Part shown: positions 51,808-64,000 of the stretch, piece by piece | Numbering within the stretch: position 1 is the first letter of the stretch | Layout of the letters: each line of letters begins with the position of its first letter | Assembly: GCF_009914755.1 (NCBI RefSeq) | Contig: NC_060928.1 | Reading direction: 5' to 3' (one strand) | Length of the DNA: 64,000 bases | DNA from: the human T2T-CHM13v2.0 reference genome, Homo sapiens | Translations under genes and position numbers: made by a program | Notes under the pieces: generated by a model | Told to the model about the DNA's origin: nothing | What the model saw: only the letters and a program-made list of their open reading frames with translations | Databases searched by the model: none

Positions 51808-53136
51808 AATACTGAGTACAGATTTAAAAAAATAAAACTCATAGTATGGAAATCTTTCTTCTAAAGATAATCATACTATTTTATTGTTGTCTGTGAAAAT
51901 ACGTGCATGCGCATAAAGCTTTACATGTACTTGCTAAGAATTATTTTTACCATTTAAAGTATGATGGAAGTAGCCTCAAATTATTTAAGAGGGTTAATTA
52001 GCACAGATTGAAAGTGAAGCTGGAACACAGAAACTATGCCTTTTAAACTATTAAGCTAATAATTAACCCAGAGAAATTATCTATTTGGTGACACAGTTTT
52101 AATAATGTTATGAGACACATAATTTACATATTTTTTTTGTTTCTGGTCTGTTATTAATTATTTTCTGTTTTAATAAGAAGGTCAGAGAGGGTTTGTCTGT
52201 TACATTTTAGCTGAAAATTAAAATTTTGCTTTCTTTTTTCATATAACTTAAGCATAACATTGTTTCATATGAGAATAATTTGCAATATCAGATCCCTGGC
52301 TATCCTCAATCATTTCTACGAAAAATTCCAAATTATTAAGATTAATTATAAATGTTTAAGTATTCAATTTAATATGTATAGTATTTATTTCAAAATTAAA
52401 TGTTAATATTTACCTAGTATCATTTTATTTCTTATACATTTTAAATTACTTATATAATAAAATATGCAAATAACTCCTTACTATCAAAGCTCATATAACA
52501 ACTTAAATATTTCAGGGAAAAAGTTGGCATGAAACACATTTCTGTTTCATTTAAAAATAGATAATATTGGGATGGCATCTCTTATTCTTCTTAATTTACA
52601 CATTATGGTTCTTACATCATTCAAAGTTTTATGAGTATAATTTGGCAAATTGTTTTAATAAAGACAGATATAATAGTTCCCAAGCCACATGCTTTTTTGC
52701 AGTGTTACCTTCCAATTTACCCAGAGCTGGATGGAATCTATATCTTCTCTAATTTTAGCAGGCCACTTACTGCTTTGACCAAAGAATATAATGGAAATTT
52801 GTGTCAGCGCTGGTTATAGCCATTCACCAGCCTGGGAACCAAATTGATTTATGTGAAACTCAAGTCTTCTAGTTTTCTAAAGAATAATCTTAAAAGTCCA
52901 TAGCATTATGGGAAACAAAATATAAAATAAATGAGGATGATTTTTAGGTATATTTTATTTGTATTTTAAAGCAGTAATTATTTACCATCTTTTAATTAAA
53001 CTCGTTTACTTAATGATATCAATTTTTTCCTGATTTATTAAGAAATGATGGACAAAAGAACATTGTATATATTGAAGGTGTACAGTGTGATTTAATATAC
53101 CTACACATTGTGAAATAAATACCACGATCAAGCTAA

Positions 53137-53462
<326 letters not shown>

Positions 53463-53934
53463 TCAAGCTAATTAATATTCCCATAATATTCCCATTGCCT
53501 ACATAGTTACCTTTTAAAATTTTGTATGCTTTAGATATCTCTCTATTTCTCCCACCACAAGCATTTTCTATCTATACTTTGTACTTTCTGTATGAGCTTC
53601 ATATGAGATCATGCAGTATTTGTCTTTCTGGGCCTGGCTTATTACACGCAACATAATGTTCTCCAGGTTCATCCATGTTGCACCAAATGACAGAATTTTC
53701 TTCTTTTCTAAGGCTAAATAATGTTCCACTGTGTGTGTTTGTCTATGTCTTACATTTCTTTAGACATTCATCTGTTTATAGTTATTTAGATTGTTTCCAT
53801 ATCTTGACTAGAGTGAATAATCCTGCAATGGATATGGGGTGAAGACATCTCTCTGACATATTTGTTTCATTTCCTTTGGGCAAACATATCCAACAGAGGA
53901 TTGATGGCTCATATGACAGTCCTATTTTTAACTT

Positions 53935-54228
53935 TTTTTTTTTTTTTGATGGAGTCGTGCCTCTGTTGTCCAGGCTGGGGGACAGTGGCTTGATCTAGGC
54001 TCACTACAAGCTCCGCCTCCCAGGTTCACGCCATTCTCCTGCCTCAGCTTCCCGAGTAGCTGGGACCACAGCCACCTGCCACCACGCCTGGCTAATTTTT
54101 TTTTTTTTTTGTATTTTTAGTAGAGACGGGTTTCACCCTGTTAGCCAGGATGGTCTCAATCTCCTGACCTCGTGATCTGCCCTCCTCGGCCTCCCAAAGT
54201 ACTGGGATTACAGACATCACACCCGGCC
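53935..54228 (-). mobile_element. AluY-like
   Basis: CAAGCTCCGCC, TTCACGCCATTCTCC, TTAGCCAGGATGGTCTC; TSD TATTTTTAACTTTT. Confidence 0.9.
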
Positions 54229-54622
54229 TATTTTTAACTTTTTAAGGATCCTCCATTGTGTTTTTTTTTTTTTTTCTTAATGGCTATACTAATTTACATT
54301 TCCACCAACAGCATACAAGGGCTCCCTCTTCTCCACATTTTTTACATTTGTAATATTTGACTTTTTATATTAGCCATAATAAAATATATTTCATTGTGAT
54401 TTTGATTTTCATTTCCTGGTGATTAGTGACGTTGAGCACCTTTTCATATAACTTAGGCCATTTGTATTTTTTTCCTGTGGAAAAACGTCTGTTCAGGTCC
54501 TTTGCTCAATTTTTAGTTGGGTTATTTGGGTTTTTTGCTATTAAGTTGTATGAGTTCCTTGTATGTTTTGGATATTAACACCTTATTAGATACATGGCTT
54601 GCAAATATTTTCTTCCATCCCT

Positions 54623-55900
54623 ATGATGAAAGGATGTTACAATGTATGCAAATCAATAAATGTGACATACCACATTAGCAAAATAAAGGATAAGAATCAT
54701 ATAATCATCCCAAAAGACGCAGAAAATGTACTTGACAAAATTTAACATCTTTTCAAGATAAAAATTCTCAACAAATTAGGTATGGAATGAATGTACCTCA
54801 GTATGAGAAAGGTCATGTTTGGCAAGCCCACAGCCAATATTATTGTCAATAGTGAGAAGCTAAAAGCTTTTCCTCTGAGATCAGGAACAAGACAGGGGTG
54901 TACATTCTCACCACTTCTCTTAAACGTAGTGCTGAAAGTCCTAATCAAAGCAATTAGGTAAGAAAAATAAATATTGAAATTAGAGACGATAAAGTAAACT
55001 GACTCCATTTGCAGACAACATAACATTATATATAGGAAACCCTATATAGTCCCTAAAAATTGTTAAAACTAATAAATGAATTCAGTAAAGTTGCAGGATA
55101 CAAAAGCAACATACAAAAAATCAGTTGTGTTTCTATACAATAAGAAGCTATCCAAAAAATTAAGAGAATAATCATTTACAATAACATCAAATATAATAAA
55201 ATATATAGGAATAAATTTAACCAATGAGGTGAAAAATATGTTCACTGAAAAATATGAAACTTTGATGAAAGAAATTGAAGAAGATACAAATAAATGGAAA
55301 GATCTGTTGTGTTCATGAATTCGGAGAGTTAATATTGTCAGAATGTCCATATTACCCAAAGTAATATACAGATTCAATGCAATCCCTGTTAAAATTCCAA
55401 TTGCATTTTTCACAGAAATAAAGAAAACAGAATCTTAAAATGTATATGGAATCCCAAAAGATCCCAAATAGATAAAACAATCTTGAGAAAGGAAAACAAA
55501 GTTGGAGGCATTACACTTCTTAATTTCAAATTATATTACAAAGCTATAGTAATAACAGCAGTATGGTTTTGACATAAAACATCCACACAGGCCAATGAAA
55601 CAGAATAAAATGAAATTAAACTCTTATCTTACACAACACAGAAAATTAAATTGAACTTCTATCTTACATACTGAAATTAAACTCTTATCTTACACAACAG
55701 TGAAATAAAACTCCTATGCAACACACAAAAATGAACTCAAAACAGTAAGACCTGAAACTATAAAATTCCTATAACACAGGAGAAAATATCTTTGACATTG
55801 GTCTTGGCTATGATATGACACCAAAAGCACAAACAACAGAAGGAAAAATAAACAATTGGGGCAGCATCAAACTTAAAATTTCTGCATAGCAAAGGAATAC
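54623..55900 (+). mobile_element. L1 ORF2 (RT and downstream) decayed segment, inverted relative to 53045-54622
   Basis: CAAATCAATAAATGTGA, GATCAGGAACAAGACAGGG, TTTGCAGAC, TTCAGTAAAGTTGCAGGATACAAAA, CAGATTCAATGCAATCCCT; many stops and frameshifts. Confidence 0.9.
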
Positions 55901-56056
55901 TTTTAAATGAAACATAAATAATGAATAAAACCATGACATGTTGCAAATATGGGAATTATAAAACCTATACGCTAAGCACTTGAACAATGCAAAATTATAC
56001 AACCAGTAGTCATCAACTATACAATACTTAAAATCAGTTGGCATAAATAATAATTT

Positions 56057-56612
56057 AGAAATACCACTTAATCCAGCAATTCCATTACTGGGTATATATT
56101 CAAAGGAATATAAGTCATTCTATTATAAAGACACATGCACACAAACGTTCACTGCAGCACTGTTCACAATAGCAAAGACATGAAATCAACCTAAATGCCC
56201 ATCAGTGATAGACTGGATAAAGAAAGTGTGGTATATACACACGGTGGAATACTATGCAGCCATAAAAAATAACAAGATCATGTCCTTTGCAGGGACATGG
56301 ATGGAGCGGGAGGTCATTCTTCTTAGCAAGCTAACACAGGAACAGAAAGCCAAATACTACATGTTCTCACTTGTAAGTGGGAGTTAAATGATGACAATTT
56401 ATGAACACAAAGAAGGGAACAACAGACACTGGGATCTACTTGAGTGGAGAGGATCAAGAGTGGGGGGCAGAAGAGGATCAGGAAAAATAACTAATGGGTA
56501 CTAGGCTTAATATCTGTGTGATGAAATAATCTGTGTAACAAACCTCCATGACACAGGTAACCTATGTAATAAACCTGCACTTTTACCCTGAACTTAAAAG
56601 TTAAAAAAATTA
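56057..56612 (+). mobile_element. L1PA15/16-like 3' fragment
   Basis: ORF2 C-terminus (MIDWIKKVWYIHTVEYYAAIK) plus 3'UTR and A tail; AAATAATA on both flanks. Confidence 0.9.
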
Positions 56613-56749
56613 AAATAATATGTATCAGAATACCTGCTGATAAAATTTTAGAAAACTATTATATAGCTGAGAGCAGAAATGTACCAATTATTAATAGCTG
56701 AATAAAAGAAATATTCATAAACATAGAGGCTGAAACCACAGTAAGTACA

Positions 56750-57225
56750 TAGTAGCTCATAGTTACTGTAGCTTAGAGAATCAGGAGCAGCTTAACTGGG
56801 AAGTTCTGTCTCAGTGTCTCTCTTAAAGTTGCAGTTAAATTGAATTGTTAGCTGAGATAACAAACATGATGAAGGCTGAAGATCTGCTTCCAAGGTGGCT
56901 CACTGACATGGCTGGCAGGTTTTTGCTGGCTATTGGTAAGACCCTCAACCTACCAACAGTTTAGTCCCATATGGGTCTTCCTCAGGGTTGAGTGTCTTCA
57001 TTACTTGGTAACAGGCCCCCACTGTGAGCAATCATGAATGAGAAGAAGGAACAGCAGCATCAATGCCATTTATATTCTACTCTTGACAATCATACAATAT
57101 CATTTTTGCCATATTATATTTACTTAGAGACACAAAGTCCAGCCTACATTCAAGCTGGACTTTGTGTCCACATTTTAAAAGGAAGGATACCAAAGAATTT
57201 TTGGATATACTTTAAAACTACCACA
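56750..57225 (-). mobile_element. MLT1F-like MaLR LTR
   Basis: GATCTGCTTCCAAGGTGGCTCACT..ATGGCTGGCAGG; end CAAAGAATTTTTGGATATACTTTAAAACTACCACA. Confidence 0.75.
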
Positions 57226-57739
57226 AGAGGTAACCCAATTTGATTTCATCATCACTTAAAAAATTAATTGAAGCAAAGTCCTTGGCTTACAGTTTATGCA
57301 TGTTAAATTGAAAGAGGAACAGATTTAAAAACAATTGTAGAGTTTCTATGTGATGTTTGCCTCTCTAGATAGTTTTAAGTAGATGTACTCTCATAATTCA
57401 AGCAATTCTCATTGTAATATTAATATGTTAACTAACATATAAGAATAATACTAAGAAAGCACACCACATTTTTTTCTACTGTGTTTATATATAAACAGGG
57501 GCTGGCACTACTGATTGTGAGTTTAGGTAGTTGATTTCTCTATATTTTAACTAAACACAGCTTATTATTATCCAAATGAAAAGGAAGTAATTTTTAATGT
57601 GACACTAATCTTAATCTTAAAAGTTTTGATATGTTATTTAACACAACAAACTGAAGCAGTCTATTTCCATATTAAAACATTATTTTATTATTAATATTTA
57701 ATAATCTTTCAGTAGAGTAGAGAACAAGTAAAGTCATTA

Positions 57740-57930
57740 AAGAATTTAAATTCAGTATTTGCCACTCATAAACTGGTTTGGAAGATAATTTATTTGTATC
57801 CTAGTTTACTTACCTGTATAAGAGGATAAAAACATCACCTATTCTATGAGGCTGTTGTGAGGCTTAAAAGTCTCAGAAGAGTATAAACATGTAGCAAGTA
57901 ATCAATAAATTTAAGCTATTATAGTTATTA
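57740..57930 (+). mobile_element. MIR
   Basis: TGCCACTCA..TAGTTTACTTACCTGTA..GCTGTTGTGAGG..TCAATAAAT. Confidence 0.7.
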
Positions 57931-58915
57931 AAAACAATAAGTATTCTTATAATAAGGGTTTCTTAATTATTTTGATTTTGAAATAGCGAAATAACCTCCA
58001 GTTCAGGATTTTTTCTTACGATGCAAGTATCTATTTAAAAGAGAAAAACAGAAAAGGAAAAAACAATCAAATTTCCTCTGGGTTTTCAGGCCTCTATATT
58101 GAAGTTTTCAGTGTTTTATCTGATCATCAGAAATCCACGTAACTAAACTGCATTGCAGAGATGATTTTGTAATTATGAAGAAAATGACAGGTAATGAATT
58201 GAGGAAACAATCTCCTATGAATTCCTAGTGATTACCTCCATTGTTTTCTTAAATCCTAAGCAGATGAACATCCCCATAAGAACTATTAATGAGTATTCAT
58301 TACACTTTATGAAGGCGTTCCCATGGTGAACTCAACACCAATAGCTTTAGGTTCTCAGGTAAGAAAGAGGGGCCTCTGGAGGAAACTTATACTTAGCGTT
58401 TCTGAGCTACAATTGTTTTCCTATTTTATTTATATCCACTTCTTTTCTCCCTCCTGTGAGAGAATTAAACAGCAATTCCACTCACTGGGGCAATTAGCTC
58501 ATTATTCACTGCATTTCAAATGAAATATTGACATTAAACAGGCCCCTTTAATCATTACATTGCCCATAACTAGCATCTATATTGTTCTTGAAGAAAACAC
58601 CTTGCTCTCTCTGGAATGCCTCCATTATTACACTTATACTTTTCTCAGAAAGAAGTAGCACCACAATTTTTATTACACATCCACTGCAAGTCTCACTTTT
58701 TATAATTGTTTCTTCCCCCTTCAATTCAGTTTCCTGTAGATAGGACTGACAGACTAGAGTAACCCAACATGGTAGCTTATTTTTAACCTTGATATTTTTA
58801 TTTGATAGAGCATAAATCTATACTGCTTTTGCCTCCAAGGTATGCATTATACTGTATCCTAGCATTTAAAAAAAAAAACAAACTTCCATGCTGCAAGAAC
58901 TAACACAAGAAGAGA

Positions 58916-59031
58916 ATATATATATATACCCACATACATATATATACATATATATACACACACATATATATACATATATACACATGCATATATACATATA
59001 TATTACTTTAAGTTCTAGGGAACATGTGCAC
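58916..59031 (-). mobile_element. ~30-bp L1PA 3' terminus with tail converted to a (TA/CA)n microsatellite
   Basis: TATTACTTTAAGTTCTAGGGAACATGTGCAC is the antisense L1PA extreme 3' end, preceded by ~85 bp of TA/CA repeats. Confidence 0.75.
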
Positions 59032-60239
59032 GTGAGGAATGTATCACAAAATATCATAATTTTCTATACTACACACTCTCTAAAGAAGTGATTTTGATAG
59101 TTATAATGCTTGGGGCATGATAATGAGTGTGGAAGTAGTTAGAGAGAGGCAAAGAAATTAACACCAATTGAGTATATTTCCATCATTGCTCAGTAACATT
59201 TTCTATTTTGTGTCTTGTTCCAAGTTTATTATAATATATTTTTCTTATTACAATTTTGTGCACTAGGAAATCAACTAAGGGATTTAAGGCTGCTAAATGT
59301 GATGCCATTAATTCTAAAAACTTTGGTAGAATGCTGGCATTTTGCATACTTTTTAGCAATTAAATAATTCAAATGTTCTGGGTGGCAATGAAGAAAACTG
59401 AAAACCTAGTCTTACTATCTTATTCCTAACCACTTTTTCTCATTTTTATTTGAGCAGATTTTTACTCTAGCTTTTTCAGAACATTTTAAATACCCCCAAA
59501 TGAAAATTGCCATCTTTCTATATCTCCTAATATAAATAATTTAGCAAAGTTTAAATCACAATCTTTCCCCCTCTGATGAATCAATTTTGATTATTCCTAA
59601 TTAGATCATCTTTCTTGATGTATTTCTTTAAAATAGCACAGAAAATAATTTCTACTGTTTTTTACCCATGGTTAATGAAAGTTTAACCTGCCCATAATTA
59701 ACTGCTGTATTCTATGCCCTGCTTTCTAAATAATCATGCTGTGTTTGCTTGAAATTATTCACTGGAGTATTTCTTAAAATAATCAAAGAAAATGTTTCAA
59801 TTTTCTTTTCATTTTTTTTCAAAGCTTTATTTATATCTATGAATTGGACATAAAATCATTAACTTGTAATAAGTTTAAACTTTTGCTGACTTTGTAGAGC
59901 TGTCCCTCAAGTAATACGCTTTCATATAAAGAATGCATCCTATGATCAAGGTTACATAGATTATTTGTAGTAAATCTCAAACAACAACACAAATACCCTG
60001 ATTCAAGATCAAGGTACTTACTATTAAAAAAAATGCTTTCTATTCAGTTGTCCAACAAAACATACATTTGAAAACAATAGCTCTAAGGATCTCCTCTAAA
60101 TTATGAGAACCACATATTATGAAAAGTGATGATCAGCTCCATTTTTTCTTCCTTTTTAAAGCTTTCATTGTACTACTCCACGTTAGACAAACCTAGACTC
60201 TAATTTTTAAGTTGTTAACAGATTGGAATTAGTTTCAAT

Positions 60240-60640
60240 TGTAACTATGATAAAGAGTCTGTCTCCATTTACATATTTAACTGCTGATAGCTTTCAAGCT
60301 ACACTTCTCTCTCTGCCCCTCTTTGTTTCACATATGGGCAAGATGATAAGATAGTCTGGTATCTCACTCCTTTGGTGCTGGAGGGAAGTTCAAATCATGT
60401 GAGGCCTCACCTGGAGGAGGAAACCTCACCACAGACCTATTCCTTAACAATTTGCACCACTTTCAGGTCTCAAGCTGTATTTCAGATCAGTTTGGGAGTC
60501 TGCCTACTCTTCACAGAAAGCCCCATGATTTGAATAATAAAACTTTTAATATTCTTGATGCATAAGTGGCATTTTCATTTTTAACATCTAAATCAAATTT
60601 TAGATGGGACTTGATCCCACTCTTTGTGAGGCAACAACAA
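60240..60640 (+). mobile_element. Old ERVL solo LTR (LTR52/LTR53-like, uncertain)
   Basis: ACTGCTGATAGCTTTCAAGC..GGGCAAGATGATAAGA..CTCCTTTGGTGCTGGAGGGAAGTTCAAA; AATAAA near 60536; TG..CA ends. Confidence 0.55.
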
Positions 60641-60904
60641 GACATGTAACAAGAAAAATGGTCAATTTATCACATTTCTATATATGTCCTAGTGTTAGAG
60701 AAAATCAGTAGACTCTATCACAGGAATCACAAACACAAATTTCTACTGAGGACACTGAGGTTCAGTAAATATGTGAGGTAGAATATGGCATACCTGATTA
60801 TCTATGAAACAACATCTAGGCATCTGTCATCGTCCAGGTGGGAGTTTAATGTTAGGTTTTCTAATTTTCTCTAAGTTATGAAAAAAACTTAACATACGTT
60901 CTTA

Positions 60905-61710
60905 AGTTCAAGATTTACTATGTAAAGTTACATTAATCAAGAGAGTGGCTTAAGGGTAGATATACCAATCAATGAAACAGAAAAAGAGTCTACTAAATAA
61001 ATACAAACAATGGTCAATTAAATTTTGACAAAAATGATAAAGTCATTTAATAAGAAAAAGATGTTTCAACCTATGGTGCTGAAATAACTCGATATCTTTG
61101 TAAAAAAAAAAACTATGAATTTAGACCTTTACTTACAATGTATGCAAATTAAGTTACAATGGATCACAGAACTAAATATAAGAGGTAAAACTATAGACTA
61201 TTGATGAAATCAAAATTGAGTTAAAGATTTCTTAAATAAGATACAAAGTGGAAACAATAAAATAAAAATTAATAAAATAGTCATAGTCAACATTTTTAAA
61301 AACAAATTTTTGTTTCTCAAAAATTATTTTTAAGAAAACATAAAGGTAAAAGATAAAATTTTTGAAAATGTGAAACATAAATCTGACAACTGACTTGTAT
61401 TGACAAATAAATGAACACTTCTTATATCTCAATAAAATAAGATAAAACAATAAATACATTTGCAAATGTAAAGGAAAAAGTTTTTTCTAGATACTCCAAA
61501 TGACAAGCCGTATTAATGGCCAATGCAAAAAAGATGTTGAGTGCCATTAGACATAATTAATCAACATTATTAAAATCATAATGAAATACTACAATATACC
61601 CGTTAGGTTGACTAAAATTACAAAGACTGACAATAACAAGTGTTGACAATTTGTGAAGAACTGAAACTCTCAACCATTGCTGGTAGAAATGTAAAGTAAT
61701 ATATCCACTT
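60905..61710 (+). mobile_element. Old L1 ORF2 3' fragment
   Basis: TTTTGACAAA..TTTCAAC..TGGTGCTG; ATGGATCACAGAACTAAAT; GACTGACAATAACAAGTGTTG. Confidence 0.75.
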
Positions 61711-61711
61711 A

Positions 61712-61895
61712 AAAATAAAAAAAGAATGAAGTTATATCCTTCTGCAGCAACAAAGATGCAGCTGGAGGCTATTATTCTAAATGAATTAACAGAGTAACAG
61801 AAAGCCAAATACTGCATGTTCTCACTTATAAGTGGGAGCTAAACATTGAGTACACATGGAAATAAACATGGGAACAATAGATACTGGGAACTACT
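61712..61895 (+). mobile_element. L1PB/L1PA16-like 3' fragment ending in a fold-back
   Basis: AAATACTGCATGTTCTCACTTATAAGTGGGAGCTAAACATTGAGTACACATGG..GGGAACAATAGATACTGGG. Confidence 0.85.
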
Positions 61896-64000
61896 AGTTC
61901 CCAGTAGGAGGCTATTCCAATCCTTCTAGTGATTCATCCTTTATGACACCGAAGCACGTTTATTTTAGTGTTTATTATGTATGTCTAAATTTTATTTGAT
62001 ATTTCACTGTAATATGATAATTTAGTTAAACTAATTACTCTAATGCGCAAAGTGGTTTGATTGGATTGAAATGATTTGTGACTGTATGTTGTCAATACAC
62101 ATGCCTATAAAATACATAAATTTACTCAACACATGTGAACACATGTGTGCATGCCTGCATGCACACACACACACATCAATGAATGCAAATTGAGATTAAG
62201 TGATTGGAATATAAGAAATATTCAGCCTAGAAAGTATTCATATATAACTTGTGTAATATTCTGAAAAATAAAAGAAGTTCAATTTCATTTAGATTTAACA
62301 GGGAAGTGGGAAATACTGAAAAATAGATTGCTAAAAAAGTTTAATAATGGACAATATCTAGAAATAAAATTATTTGAATTTATTCCTTTTTCCTTTTGTA
62401 TTATTTATTAACCAAGTACACTAATACCCTACTTTAATCAATCTATGATACTTAGTGACACATAGCACATGGCTGCAGTACGCTAAGTTCTTTTATGTAA
62501 TAACACAATTATAAAATATTTTGTTTTTGTAATGTTTTTGGCATAATTTAGATATGTTTTCTTTACAAAGAAAAAATACACGTTACAAAATTATATTGAG
62601 TAAATAAAAGATTTACTTTACTTTTAAGAGTTGCTTAGTATTTAATCATATTTTGTCATGACTAAAAAAATTACAGAAAACTGCTTACCTAAATCAAAAC
62701 GAGAATGGCAATGTAAGCCATGGTCAGTAACAACTTTGGTGTTGATACTGAACAGATATCTGTGTGTTTCAATTAAAAGAAAAATTATTATTCAATTAGT
62801 GATAAGAACAGGGCATATGAGCTCTCTGTATACTGAGGAATCTATTCCTGTTATTCTGCAAAGAAACTTAACTGAAGAAAGCAGTGACAAACCATTCACA
62901 GGTGGACCCCTGAATATGAAAACTTCTCCTTTCAGCTCAATTCTACAGTCAATGTCCATCATCAGTTGTTAATACCAGAATCCCTTTTTATCTCCATAAC
63001 AACAATAAAAAGAGAACCTTTCTGTGGGATTCCCTGTTGCATGCACAGGTGCTCATGTGGCCAGGTGTGCACAACAGGAAGGAGTTAAGATGAAGCCATC
63101 AGAACGATAACAATCATGCCTTGATGAGTTTTTGTTATTTTGAGACACACCTGCTCCAAGTCAGCAGGATTTCTGAGGAAAATAAGAAATGCGTTGGATG
63201 TATCCCAAGGCACATAAAAGATTGAATTCAATTCTGTCTAGCTGATGTTTAGAAATTTACAGCAGTGCTGACTGGGCTAAATGCCTTTCTTGCAAAATTC
63301 CAGAAGACACAGTGTTTTATTTGTAAGAGAAAATTACATAGAAGATCCTTTGTTAAAAGTGCACAACCTCCTCCCTGCCATCACCCATCTTTCCTCCCAC
63401 TTGATTTGAGGTGTTGGACATTTCCAAAGTAGAAATATGATGGGAAGATAAACCGTTATTTGTAATGAAAAACTAGTGTCAGTTCACAATTTTAGGACTG
63501 ATGATTCGTGAAGTGCTAGTGTTTTAAAACACTAGAGATTTAGAAAGAAAACAGTGCACATATATGCACACACTCAGAAAAAAATCAAGTTAAGTAGTGG
63601 TACAATAAATTATTTTTCCATTGTTCTTTATACTTTCCATTATTTACCTAATTTTTGCTGAAGAATATTCACTAGTTTTATAATCAGAAAAAAAGGCAAT
63701 AAAGGTTTATTGGTATTTGTTGAGGTAGTATTGAAAAATATGGAAATCAGAGCCAGAATCCAATATTTAGAAAATTTAAAATGACTTACAGCCTATTGTA
63801 ATATATTTTAAAAATTTAATATTTGCTATAATAGCTAGTATTTTAGATTACAATTTTCATGGGAAAACTGTGAAAACATAGCGATCATATGTCAATAAGG
63901 CAGATGTCAAATAGGATTTTATTCTAAAATCTTCAGAGAGCTATGTGATTATATATATATATAAAAGTATTATATATATAACTGTAAAAACAATCGTGAC

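Noticed and set aside
54742-56387. ORFs resembling reverse-transcriptase elements
   Set aside because: Antisense frames or short remnants of decayed L1 ORF2; no intact ORF.
62658-62972. 104-aa ORF in unique sequence
   Set aside because: No recognisable domain or splice context; length is within chance expectation for 64 kb.

Overview
This is AT-rich, CpG-poor catarrhine primate (human-like) genomic DNA. I cannot support any protein-coding gene, RNA gene or CRISPR array. The listed ORFs fall in repeats or microsatellites, or are short chance frames. The window is a gene desert or deep intron dominated by transposable-element fossils: Alu J/S/Y, L1, L2, MIR, L3, MER44/MER5, and many solo LTRs (LTR12C, LTR12, LTR8, MER4, MER11, MER31, MER34/39, MER77, THE1, MLT1, MST). 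Family names come from recalled consensus sequences, not a database search, so subfamily calls are provisional. The most notable structures are: (1) a MER11 solo LTR flanked by a 127-bp near-identical direct duplication with a fold-back junction; (2) a ~340-bp imperfect palindrome at 32.6-32.9 kb; (3) a six-level nested TE stack at 5-13.2 kb; (4) several fold-back/template-switch scars; (5) a polar 29-bp minisatellite filling an L1 deletion; (6) an old L1 with twin-priming inversion geometry. I found no convincing new gene system; the findings are mostly structural and mutational.
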